From Acidobacteriota bacterium (GTDB lineage Bacteria > Acidobacteriota > UBA6911 > RPQK01 > JAJDTT01), in the NCBI GenBank assembly GCA_965209055.1, contig OZ242374.1, forward strand, positions 1,952,001 through 2,016,000: a DNA stretch of 64,000 nucleotides. Direction: 5' to 3'. This document shows positions 30,209 to 39,443 of the stretch, piece by piece. The notes under the pieces were generated by a model, which had not been told where the DNA came from, searched no databases, and was given only the letters and a program-made list of their open reading frames with translations. The translations under genes were made by a program, and so were the position numbers. Positions within the stretch are counted from its first letter, which is position 1, and each line of letters opens with the position of its first letter.

Positions 30209-31903
30209 ATGAGATTGAACTGCAAGGGAGCGCTGTCTCTCGCCGTTCCGGCATTGGTCATGTTGGCGAGCGGGTTTGCCGAGGCCAAGACAACCGCCGG
30301 CGAGGTCAAGGACGATGCAACCCTCGAGGCCTTCGTCTTGGGGGCGAAGGCGGAAATCGAGGCGATCACGGACGTCAACGAAGGAGCAAAGCTCAGGGAG
30401 AGGCTGAGAACCGAGGGCGACTGGAAGTCCGGATCGATGTTCCTCATCATCTTCCTCCCGACCGGGGAGCCGTTCATCCACGGGGACGATGTGACGGCTG
30501 AGAGGAAGAATCTACTGGAGGTCGAGGACGACAACGGACTCAAGGTCGTCCAGGAACTCCTCGCGGCTGCTGCCCAAGGCGGCGGTTTCGTCAGGTATCA
30601 CGACGGGGAGCCGAAGACGGCATACGCTGTCGCATACACCTCGGGGATCACCGGAAGAGGATTCGTGCTGGTCGGCGGCTACTCCCAGGATGTCTCCCAT
30701 GTCCCCATCCTGATCCCGGATCTGCCGAAGCCGGCCGTAACCGCATCGCAGGTCGTGGACCGCGAGACACTCATCACCTTCGTCGAGGACGCGGCCAGGG
30801 TGTACCGCGAAGCCGTCCTGTCCGAAGGCTACGCCACTCTTACCGGGATCAGAAACGCCTTCCGGTTGGAAGGAGGGGACTGGAAGTCAGGTTCCATCTA
30901 CCTGTGGGTCGTGAGTGGCGGGGGCTTCATCCTGTTTCACGCAACCGAGCCGTTTCGCGAAGGCAGGCGCACGGACCTGACGAGGACGGACATCAACGGG
31001 GTGAGGTTCGCCGAGGAGCTGATCGGAGGCGCGCGGGGCGAGGGTCGGAAGTTCCTGGAGTACTACTACGACGACCCCACCATCGAGGGAGATGAGGACA
31101 CCGGTTCCCCGAAGCTGGGTTACGCGGTCAGCTTCCCGGTGCCCAACTCGCAGCAGAAGGCCGTCATCGGCTCCGGCATCTATCTGGGAAATCAGGTCGC
31201 GCTGGACTTCGCCCATTTCGGCAACGGGTCCGCCATCAGTTCCGATGTCGTGTTGGTGAATCTGGCCGCCACGCCAATCCGGCCTTTGGTCTACTTCTAC
31301 GACAAGAAGGGAGACCTCATCGATCCGGGATCGGTGGTGGACGTCGGCGGAAACCTGGACGCCACGGATTACGGGGCAATCACGCTCCAGTCCGAATTGG
31401 AGTCCTTGGGAGAAGTCACGATTTCGACCAATGGCCGGGGAGAGACGGTGACCGGCTCGGTGAAAGTGATCTCCGAAGGTCCCGACAGTCCCATCGGCGG
31501 GGTCTTGCGCTTTGACATTCCCGGCGCCGGCGTGGCCGGAGTCGGCGCCGGTCGCCCGGTCCGAGACGCCCTCTTCCCGGCGCGCCGCCAAGACGGAGGC
31601 ATCGACACCGGGGTGGCGCTCCGCAACCTGAGCGAGTCGGAGTTGACCTTGACCTGTCATCTGATGATGGGGGGCGAGGTGGTGGAGGAGAAGGAAGTCC
31701 CGCTGCCGGGCAACGGTCAGGACGCCATGTTCATCAGTGAGATGTTCGAATACGATACGTCGAACTTCACGGGATCGGTGCGCTGCGTGGCGCCGGGAAT
31801 CACGCAGAGGTTCACGGGTGTCGCGGTGGAATTGGATTCCATGAACGGTATCTTCACCACGCTGCCGATGATTCCTCTGGACGCCGATATGCCTTCCGAG
31901 TAG
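30209..31903 (+). CDS. Secreted protein with two tandem single-Cache-like domains plus an unnamed C-terminal module
   Basis: Signal peptide; internal repeat L..FV..A...GDWKSGS..L....G....H...D.NG....EL..A...G..F..Y...PK..YAV; GAGGAG RBS. Confidence 0.75.
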   Translation: MRLNCKGALSLAVPALVMLASGFAEAKTTAGEVKDDATLEAFVLGAKAEIEAITDVNEGAKLRERLRTEGDWKSGSMFLIIFLPTGEPFIHGDDVTAERKNLLEVEDDNGLKVVQELLAAAAQGGGFVRYHDGEPKTAYAVAYTSGITGRGFVLVGGYSQDVSHVPILIPDLPKPAVTASQVVDRETLITFVEDAARVYREAVLSEGYATLTGIRNAFRLEGGDWKSGSIYLWVVSGGGFILFHATEPFREGRRTDLTRTDINGVRFAEELIGGARGEGRKFLEYYYDDPTIEGDEDTGSPKLGYAVSFPVPNSQQKAVIGSGIYLGNQVALDFAHFGNGSAISSDVVLVNLAATPIRPLVYFYDKKGDLIDPGSVVDVGGNLDATDYGAITLQSELESLGEVTISTNGRGETVTGSVKVISEGPDSPIGGVLRFDIPGAGVAGVGAGRPVRDALFPARRQDGGIDTGVALRNLSESELTLTCHLMMGGEVVEEKEVPLPGNGQDAMFISEMFEYDTSNFTGSVRCVAPGITQRFTGVAVELDSMNGIFTTLPMIPLDADMPSE

Positions 31904-31935
31904 GCAAGGGCGGTTGCGGTCGACATCTTCGCCAC

Positions 31936-32051
31936 GGTAGGAGGGGGGACTTTCCAGTCCCCCCGTCTTCTTCTTCGTTGCTACGGGATTCGGTGAACCG
32001 AAGGTGCAGAGGGAGGACGATCATCCGCCAATCCCCCATGTCGGCGACAGG
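31936..32051 (+). repeat. ~115-bp REP-containing direct repeat, copy A
   Basis: Aligns with 36553-36670 with only scattered mismatches; contains GGAGG-GGGGAC-TTTCCA-GTCCCC. Confidence 0.9.
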
Positions 32052-32170
32052 GTCTGGCTCTGCCGGCACCAGCTCTGAAGCCCGTCATTCTCATGGGCAT
32101 TCTAACCGGGACGGGAATGGTGTTGTCCTGGTCCGGCCTGGCACTCCTGGACCCGGTAGGCAAGTGCAAC

Positions 32171-33451
32171 TTAACGCCCGGGTGGAGAGTTGGGGGACAG
32201 GCTGTCTTCGCCGTTGGTCAACCACTCGATATCGAAATGGGCGAAAGTGATTTTTTCGTATGGCGTCTCATCACCGCGCTCATAAAGGCAGCCGATCGTC
32301 ATGTCCGACAAAACGGTCAGGCACGAATAGGCTGAGGGACCCCCATGAAGTTGTTTGGCAACCGGCCAGCTTTTTCCCTCGTCGTAGCTGAGCCGAACGG
32401 TCATGTTTCGCCTTTCCCGATCAGCAGGATTGGAGAACAAGATTCGATCTTTGGCGTAAAGGAGTCGGTCCGTGAATCCGAGCAGGCTGGCCTGGCAACG
32501 GGGCTCGATAAGGGTCGGGTCCATGCTGACCTCACGCCAACTCATGCCCCCGTCAATGCTTCTGGCGGTCTTTCGGTGATTTTCAAATTGACCACGCATG
32601 TTGATCAGCAGCGAACCGTCGGCCAACTCCACTAGCTGACTTTCATTTGTCTTCCCTTCCGCCTGCACCTCGCCGCCAATCCTCCACGTCTCTCCGTGGT
32701 CATCGCTGTACATCACGTGCGATCCGTAATAGTCGAGTCCGACAAGATAGTAGCGCGGGATGATCAATCTGCCGCTCCGCGTCTGTATCCCTACCCCCGG
32801 GCCGGGGGAACCGGCCTGCCATTCGGGCTTCTTGACCATGGCGGTGACATCGATCGGCTTCGACCACGTCTGGCCGTTGTCTTCGCTCTTGACAGACCAC
32901 AACATCACGGTGGGACCGTAGAGGCCGGGCCGGGCGTTCCGACTTCCGATACCCACCGGATAGTATCCGAAGAAGACCCGGATCGTTCCCGTGTGCCGGT
33001 CGACCACGGCACAGGAATCCGCAGCGGCTCCCTCTCCCACGTCCGCCAGCACCTTGAGCGCACCCCAGGACCGGCCGCCATCCATGCTGCGTTTCATGAC
33101 TATATCGATGTTGTTGGGAGCATCACCCGTGCGATTGACTCGAGCATCGCAGATCGCCAGCAGGCTTCCGTCGTTGGCTGTGACCAGCACGGGAATTCGG
33201 TATTCGGTCACCCCATCTTCACCCGCGACAAAGACATCCGTCTGTTCGAAGAGTTGGTCCTGAGCGGTCAGTGGTGCTGAGGCCCTTGCTGCAAGCACGA
33301 GGAACGCGATCGTGGCCAGACGCGGTGTTCGTCCTGCCTTTGTTTTGGTCCGTGGGCTGAAGCCCACGGCTCTGTGGGATAGCGGCGACTCCTTCAGAGC
33401 CGCAAACTTCAGCCTGCGGGCCCCGTGCACCACTGGATTTTTCTTTTTCAT
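32171..33451 (-). CDS. GH33 exo-alpha-sialidase family protein
   Basis: YRIP motif, several Asp-boxes (SMDGGRSW, SEDNGQTW, SDDHGETW, SYDEGKSW), TNE, AYS, LYE. Confidence 0.88.
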   Translation of the reverse strand: MKKKNPVVHGARRLKFAALKESPLSHRAVGFSPRTKTKAGRTPRLATIAFLVLAARASAPLTAQDQLFEQTDVFVAGEDGVTEYRIPVLVTANDGSLLAICDARVNRTGDAPNNIDIVMKRSMDGGRSWGALKVLADVGEGAAADSCAVVDRHTGTIRVFFGYYPVGIGSRNARPGLYGPTVMLWSVKSEDNGQTWSKPIDVTAMVKKPEWQAGSPGPGVGIQTRSGRLIIPRYYLVGLDYYGSHVMYSDDHGETWRIGGEVQAEGKTNESQLVELADGSLLINMRGQFENHRKTARSIDGGMSWREVSMDPTLIEPRCQASLLGFTDRLLYAKDRILFSNPADRERRNMTVRLSYDEGKSWPVAKQLHGGPSAYSCLTVLSDMTIGCLYERGDETPYEKITFAHFDIEWLTNGEDSLSPNSPPGR

Positions 33452-33466
33452 CAAACGTTGCCTTCC

Positions 33467-35881
33467 TTAGTTGCCCACCGGAGGTAGATCCGACGGCAGC
33501 ACGTACGTCCCCCGAATCCAGGAACAGCGATATAGATAAGGACTGGTGGCCGGCCAGGCGACTGCGGTATCGTCCGTGTAGTTCACCACGAAGATCCGTC
33601 CGTCCGGCAAAGTGGTCCATCCGGAGTATCCCTGGTCGATACCGAACACACTGGCCTCGATCTCGATCACATGATCGAGCTGATACTGGTCCGGGAATCC
33701 ATCTCTTTCCGCCACCCAGGACGTTCGGTGCAGCTTGCCGTTGAGATCCGTAACGGTCGCCTCCACCCGCTTCCACAGGCTAAGACCCGTCACCTCGGGC
33801 ACGATTTGCGGGGCAAACATCTGCATCCGCACCCACTCCGACGTCGGCAGGTAGACATCGGGCTGCGGATAGTTGCCAAAGGAGAGAAGAAGGGGGCTGG
33901 CGGGAGGTGGAGACCAGCTGTGCTTGAGGCGACGACTGTCGAGCTTGGAGGTTTCGAGCTGGAGTTTGTCGTCTATGAGAATCTCCACCTGTCCCCGGTC
34001 ACTCGTCACACGATAGGTGTGGTACTGGCCAGGAGTAATCGCTGCCGAAATCGTCTCGTCCCCCACGAAATCGACGCGATCCGGAAAAATCCGCAATTGT
34101 CCAGCAAAGGGAATTGCGATGGTGGCCGCCTGACCCCGATTCTCTTTAACCAGGACTTCGGCCGTCAGCTCGATTCGGCCTTTCGGACCGTGTGGTGGTC
34201 GCAACAAGTACCTCGTGAACTGGCCACTGCGCCCATCGCTGTCGATGTAAAGAGCTCCATCCTTGAGGCCCTTGCTGGAGCGATCGTTGAAGTGGATCCC
34301 GCCAATCTGAAAGCCGACCCTTTCCATGGGATCCTCCACCCAGGCCCGCAGTGCTGGACGGCCCATGTAGCTTCGGGTTGTCAGCATGATCCGCCCGTCG
34401 GAGAGAAAGTCCGCTTTTACGCGTCCTGATATTGGAATTGGCAAATCCTCGGGCTGAGACCAGGTCTTGCCCCCGTCCTGGGAGAATATGCGAAACGCCG
34501 GATAGCCATCCTCTCTGCTCTCTCGGGCGTAGATAACCAGTCGCCCGTCCGGTATCTCCAGGATGCTGGCTTCGCTCCCGGAGTGGCCGCTTGCGGAGTA
34601 GGTGTCCAGTAAGGCACGAAGCTCCCAGCTTTGGCCCAGGTCGGTGGATCGGAACACCTGGAGCCTCTCCCGGGGACGATCTTCCGAATCCGTCTCTGAG
34701 CGGGGCACGAGATCGGAGCTGGCCAGGAACCAGGTCCCGTCGGATGCTTCCAGGAGATGGCTCACAGCGTAGTGAGTCTCGAGTCCCAGTGTTCGCACGT
34801 CGAAGCTCCCGACGACGGTCCAGGTCTCGCCCTCGTCACGACTCCTTTTGATCTCGATGATCGGGACTTTCTCACCACTGATGAAGAGAAGGGATCCGTC
34901 ACGAAGGCGCTGAAGACGCTCATTGGTTCCATAGGAAGCCACCATCAGTCTCTCCGGTCCCCAGGTCTTGCCCAAGTCGTCGCTGATCCTGATGACCGAC
35001 TTGCCGAGACCGCCGTGTCGGAATCCGTCGCAATAGGTTGCGAGGAGCCTGCCGGAAGAAGTCGCAACGACGTCGGCAAAACCTTGCCAGCGATTCTGGT
35101 CTCGCGAGATTGTCACGTGGCGGCCGGGACGTCGCCAAAGCGATCGCATGCTTTGAAGCCTGAAACCGGAATCCGGCTTGACGACCCGGTTTTTTTTCGC
35201 CTGAGGGTGAGGCCTCACGCTCTCTCCCGTCGCCCATGGCTCTCCACGGATCAGCAAACTCTCGATGTCCGTCGCCTGCGGAAACTGCTCGACACGCGCC
35301 TCATTGATCTCGGAAACCGGGCTGATCAGAGGCGCGTTTTCGACCAGCAGAAACCAATCATCGTCCCCGCGCCCGCTGCTGGAAACATTCACTTCTCCGG
35401 CCCGAAGGTCGAGCTTGAGCTTGAAATCGTAAGGTGTTTGCGGACGGGCATAGCCCCCGAAATAATCGAGGCGCCCGTCGGAGGCCCAGGGAACCAGCTG
35501 CGACTGTTCTCCCGGCAAACCGCTGCCGTCGCGAATTCCGAAACGTACCGCAGGGTAGAATACGCCGGCCCTCCTCTCTCCCACCGTGACGATCTGAGCG
35601 GCCTGCGGATGGCCGTCCTGGTGGGGAACGGGATTGGCAGGCGTCATCATGAAAGTCGCGTAGACATAGGCGTCACCTCGAACCCCTTCGACGTCCACCC
35701 GGTGCGTTCGGACGTCCAGAGCGTGTTCCAGCGACTTCCCGTGGCGGTACCGGAACGAGTGGGAGCCGGTCTGCTCGGGCGTTTTCCTGGCAGACTCCTG
35801 AGCCTGGATCCCCAACCAGCCGCTCGCCAGCGCCGTGGCCAGTCCCAGATTGCGGATCCAGGCACCCCTGAATCGCTTCAC
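33467..35881 (-). CDS. Secreted BNR/Asp-box (sialidase-like) multidomain protein
   Basis: Signal peptide; Asp-boxes SDDLGKTW, SRDEGETW, STDLGQSW, SQDGGKTW; C-terminal DQGYS. Confidence 0.75.
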   Translation of the reverse strand: MKRFRGAWIRNLGLATALASGWLGIQAQESARKTPEQTGSHSFRYRHGKSLEHALDVRTHRVDVEGVRGDAYVYATFMMTPANPVPHQDGHPQAAQIVTVGERRAGVFYPAVRFGIRDGSGLPGEQSQLVPWASDGRLDYFGGYARPQTPYDFKLKLDLRAGEVNVSSSGRGDDDWFLLVENAPLISPVSEINEARVEQFPQATDIESLLIRGEPWATGESVRPHPQAKKNRVVKPDSGFRLQSMRSLWRRPGRHVTISRDQNRWQGFADVVATSSGRLLATYCDGFRHGGLGKSVIRISDDLGKTWGPERLMVASYGTNERLQRLRDGSLLFISGEKVPIIEIKRSRDEGETWTVVGSFDVRTLGLETHYAVSHLLEASDGTWFLASSDLVPRSETDSEDRPRERLQVFRSTDLGQSWELRALLDTYSASGHSGSEASILEIPDGRLVIYARESREDGYPAFRIFSQDGGKTWSQPEDLPIPISGRVKADFLSDGRIMLTTRSYMGRPALRAWVEDPMERVGFQIGGIHFNDRSSKGLKDGALYIDSDGRSGQFTRYLLRPPHGPKGRIELTAEVLVKENRGQAATIAIPFAGQLRIFPDRVDFVGDETISAAITPGQYHTYRVTSDRGQVEILIDDKLQLETSKLDSRRLKHSWSPPPASPLLLSFGNYPQPDVYLPTSEWVRMQMFAPQIVPEVTGLSLWKRVEATVTDLNGKLHRTSWVAERDGFPDQYQLDHVIEIEASVFGIDQGYSGWTTLPDGRIFVVNYTDDTAVAWPATSPYLYRCSWIRGTYVLPSDLPPVGN

Positions 35882-35943
35882 TGCCGAACCTCCGTTCTCC
35901 TTCCTTGGAAAAGCATCAGAAGTAGGAAAAGACGAGTAGAAGG

Positions 35944-36300
35944 CTATCCCGCTTTATGGGTATCTGTATAGCAGACAGCGTAGCCGAAAGACCATAGGTC
36001 GCTCTGCCGGATCGGATTCGCGGCCTGAGGTGTCAAGTGCCAGGACACATTGCCGGACAACCCCACTCGCACCACCGTGATCCCCTTGCCATAGTCCCAA
36101 CCCCGAGGCCGGGCCTGATAGGCTCGACGACTGGGCTGACAGCGTTGGGCCGGCACCTGCATCTGCAGCGCTTCATGGGGGCGAACCGGATTGTATTCCT
36201 GACGAAAATCCGCCAGCAGCGGGGCCCATTGGTTCAACTGCTGCGGTAGTCCTCCCCGATGACGGATCCCCGCCGACAGACTCCGATGAAACCGTTCCAC
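35944..36300 (-). pseudogene. IS481-family transposase C-terminal fragment
   Basis: VERFHRSL...FRQEYNPVRPHEALQMQVPA...PS.R.Y; no N-terminal part present. Confidence 0.7.
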
Positions 36301-36552
36301 TGCCCCTTGGCGGCGGCGGCCCGCGGGTGGCGTGCGGAGTCATACTTGCCACGGGGAACTAAGCGGTGTCGTTCGCATACCTGGCGCTGGGGTGGGTGTA
36401 ATCGATGTCAACGCCGGCTCGAGTCTCGAGTGCCTCCCGTACACTCGCGGCCACGCGGACCGTGCAACCGCCCGCCTCACCGCGGAGGGCGACGACCAGG
36501 AAACGGATCGTCGGCCGGGCTAAGTTGGTGAGTCCGATGTTCGCCACACCCC

Positions 36553-36772
36553 GGTCGGAGGGGGGACTTTCCTGTCCCCCCGTCTTCTTCTTGGTTGCTA
36601 CGGGATTCGGTGAACCGACGGTGTAGAGGGAGGACCATCGTCCATCCAATCCCCCCAGGTCGGCGACAGGAAAGTCGCCGTTTCTATCGAAAGGAGGGGC
36701 GATTTCCAATCGCCCATTCTTCGTCGCCAAGATTGTCGCACCGGAGTTCGGCGGTTAGGAAACCGCCGCTCC
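36553..36772. repeat. Direct-repeat copy B plus a BIME-like cluster of four REP hairpins in alternating orientation
   Basis: Hairpins at 36557 (+), 36661 (-), 36693 (+) and 36743 (-). Confidence 0.85.
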
Positions 36773-36858
36773 TTTCCTTTTTCTACCGGGCGTCCGCCGG
36801 ACTGGGCCGGTGAGGGAGTTCCTATCGAAAAAATGTAGGGGCCCCCTTGTGGTTGCCC

Positions 36859-37470
36859 TCATTCGGCAAGTTGCAACAGCTTCCGGTGCACCTCCCGGAC
36901 CCGTTTCCGGGTCCGCCCCCGATCCCTGCTGCTGTCGATGACGAAATCGGCGAACCGGACCTTCTCCCCGACGGGCATCTGGGAGTCGATTCTCGCCTGG
37001 GCTTCTTCTCTCGTCAGTCCTCCCCGGCCCAGGAGGCGCTCCAACTGCTGCTCAGGACGGCAGGAGACCACCACCACGCAGTCGTATTTCCGATAGGAGC
37101 CCGTCTCCACCATGAGCGCGGCGTCCACCATGGCGAGGGCCGGCTCCGATGCAGCCTCCCGTTGCAACCGGGCCAACCGGCGGTCCAGTTCCTGGTGTAT
37201 TCGCGGGTGCACGATTCCGTTCAACCGCTGCCGCTGCTGCTCGTCCCCGAAGACGGCGGCGCCCAGCTTGGTCCGATCGATGACGGAGTCTTCTCCCAGG
37301 ATCCCGGTCCCGAAGTGTTCCACGATGTCCCGGTAGGCCGGCTCGCCGGGAAGGATGACCTGGTGGGCCACCTCGTCGGCATCGATGCAGCGGACTCCCA
37401 ACCGGCGGAACTCGTTCAGGGCAAAGCTCTTGCCGCAGGCGATCCCTCCCGTGAGTCCGATCTTGAGCAC
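36859..37470 (-). CDS. coaE: Dephospho-CoA kinase
   Basis: IGLTGGIACGKS, IDAD, IDR..LG..VF, LNGIVHP, RIDSQM; GTG start at 37470. Confidence 0.95.
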   Translation of the reverse strand: MLKIGLTGGIACGKSFALNEFRRLGVRCIDADEVAHQVILPGEPAYRDIVEHFGTGILGEDSVIDRTKLGAAVFGDEQQRQRLNGIVHPRIHQELDRRLARLQREAASEPALAMVDAALMVETGSYRKYDCVVVVSCRPEQQLERLLGRGGLTREEAQARIDSQMPVGEKVRFADFVIDSSRDRGRTRKRVREVHRKLLQLAE

Positions 37471-37510
37471 GGGAGGATGATAGCAGCCTGGAGGACACCA
37501 CTCTTTTTTT

Positions 37511-37538
37511 GCAACCGGACAGACAAAGATGCCGTCTA
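37511..37538 (+). promoter_or_regulatory. Putative ECF-type promoter for tmRNA
   Basis: GCAAC-N17-CGTCTA about 22 nt upstream of the mature tmRNA; same architecture as 23108. Confidence 0.5.
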
Positions 37539-37559
37539 GTACACTACGGACAAGGAAAG

Positions 37560-37916
37560 GGGGGCGACTGGATTCGACGGGAGTAGTTGAGGTCGTAGAT
37601 GCATGCCGAGGTGCCACCACCTCGTAAAACCGTGGCAAAAAACAACAAGTGCCAACGATGAGTTCGCACTCGCCGCGTAATTGACGCGGCCGTTCCGGCC
37701 TTCAGGCCCGCAGGGAGGTTCGGGGCGTCATTTCAGCGGGCTTGCCGGTTCCTTGCCCCTCCCTCGGCGGGGAACCGAGACCTCAATGAGGGACGATCCG
37801 GCTGGCGGCTTTTCCAGTTTCCATGCCAACTGGATCGGATCGGGAAACTGGATAAGCATGTAGATTCTGCCGCCGAAGGCTTCCGGACGTGGGTTCGATT
37901 CCCACCGCCTCCACCA
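37560..37916 (+). ncRNA. ssrA: tmRNA; tag peptide (A)ANDEFALAA at 37651-37680
   Basis: Acceptor stem GGGGGCG/CGCCTCC-ACCA with G3:U, GATTCGAC motif, T-arm GTGGG-TTCGATT-CCCAC, tag ending ALAA-stop. Confidence 0.97.
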
Positions 37917-38081
37917 ATTCCGCATCCAATACCGTCCAAATAATTCCATTTAAGTCTTATTTATCAGGTATTTAGGGTATTTCCTTGCCTAGACCGGTCC
38001 AGTAAGTTCCCTTGACAGCCGGGGGCATCTAGGGGCAATATTGGGGGCAGATCAGAAACATTTTATAGGAGTTGCCCCCAA

Positions 38082-39332
38082 ATGCCCCTTACCGCCACTG
38101 CCATCCGTCATGCGAGACCCTCTGCGAAGACCCGAAAAATGTTCGACGGAGGCGGTCTGTACCTGGAATTATCCCCCCGCGGCAACAAGTGGTGGCGGTT
38201 GAAATACCGCTTCGCAGGCAAGGAGAAACGGATTTCCCTCGGGGTCTATCCCGACGTGTCGCTGAAGGAAGCCCGGACTCGGCGCCATCAAGCCCGCCAA
38301 CTGTTGGCCCGAGAGATCGATCCCAGCGAGCACCGCAAAGCGCAGAGGGCGGCGTGGGTGCAACGGTCCGCCAACAGTTTCGAAGCCGTGGCTCGGGAAT
38401 GGTTCACCAAACATGCTCCAAACTGGGCCACGAGTCATGCCAACCGTGTCCTCAGCCGACTGGAGCGGGACATCATTCCGTGGATGGGCGGACAGCCGAT
38501 TGCCGACATCACCGCCCCTGAGTTGCTGGCGGTGGTGCGCCGGATCGAAAACCGGGGGGCTCTGGAGAGTGCCCACCGAACCCTTCGGATCTGCGGTCAG
38601 GTGTTTCGCTATGCAGTGGCGACGGGACGGGCGAAGCGTGACCCCTCCAGTGACTTGCGAGGCGCATTGCCGCCGGTCAAGAGAACCCACTTCGCCGCCC
38701 TGACCGAACCCAAGCAGGTTGGACCCTTGTTGCGGGTCTTGGACGGCTACCAAGGAACGCTGATCGTGCGCTGCGCCCTGCGCTTTGCCCCTTTGGTCTT
38801 CGTGCGGCCCGGGGAGTTACGCCAAGCCCAGTGGTCGGACATCGACCTGGATGCGGCCGAGTGGCGCTACACTGTCCGCAAGACCGACCTCCCGCATGTC
38901 GTTCCGCTTTCCCGTCAAGCGGTCGAGATCCTGCGCGAACTGCATCCCCTGACCGGGCAGGGACGCTATGTTTACCCCAGTGCCCGCACTCCGAACGGAG
39001 ATCGACCCATGAGCAACAATGCCGTTCTGGCCGCCCTGCGGCGCATGGGGATCGGCAAGGAGGAGATGACGGGCCATGGGTTTCGGCCGATGGCGAGAAC
39101 GATCCTGGATGAGGTGCTGGGCTTTCGTCCCGACTTCATCGAGCACCAGTTGGCCCACGCGGTGCGGGACCCCAACGGGCGGGCTTACAACCGCACGGCC
39201 TATCTGCCGGAACGGCGAAAGATGATGCAGGAGTGGGCCGACTACCTCGATCAACTGAAGGCTGATGTCGTTCCGATGCATCCAAAGCGACTGGATCAAG
39301 ACTCAGGAATCCACCTGAGCGGCGGTCTCTAG
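38082..39332 (+). CDS. P4-type tyrosine integrase with arm-binding domain
   Basis: DGGGLYL, W.LKYRF.GKEK, LGVYP.VSL..AR; catalytic motifs RPGELR, HGFR, LAH, AYNR intact. Confidence 0.96.
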   Translation: MPLTATAIRHARPSAKTRKMFDGGGLYLELSPRGNKWWRLKYRFAGKEKRISLGVYPDVSLKEARTRRHQARQLLAREIDPSEHRKAQRAAWVQRSANSFEAVAREWFTKHAPNWATSHANRVLSRLERDIIPWMGGQPIADITAPELLAVVRRIENRGALESAHRTLRICGQVFRYAVATGRAKRDPSSDLRGALPPVKRTHFAALTEPKQVGPLLRVLDGYQGTLIVRCALRFAPLVFVRPGELRQAQWSDIDLDAAEWRYTVRKTDLPHVVPLSRQAVEILRELHPLTGQGRYVYPSARTPNGDRPMSNNAVLAALRRMGIGKEEMTGHGFRPMARTILDEVLGFRPDFIEHQLAHAVRDPNGRAYNRTAYLPERRKMMQEWADYLDQLKADVVPMHPKRLDQDSGIHLSGGL

Positions 39333-39443
39333 TGTCAGCTCGTTTCCCGTTGAAAAAACCCAAGACATCCAGAGATCGCCTGCAAGGGAAGGGAACCGGC
39401 TTTCAATCTCTTGGGCGGCCTGTGGCGAGCGGCTTTCAAAGAG

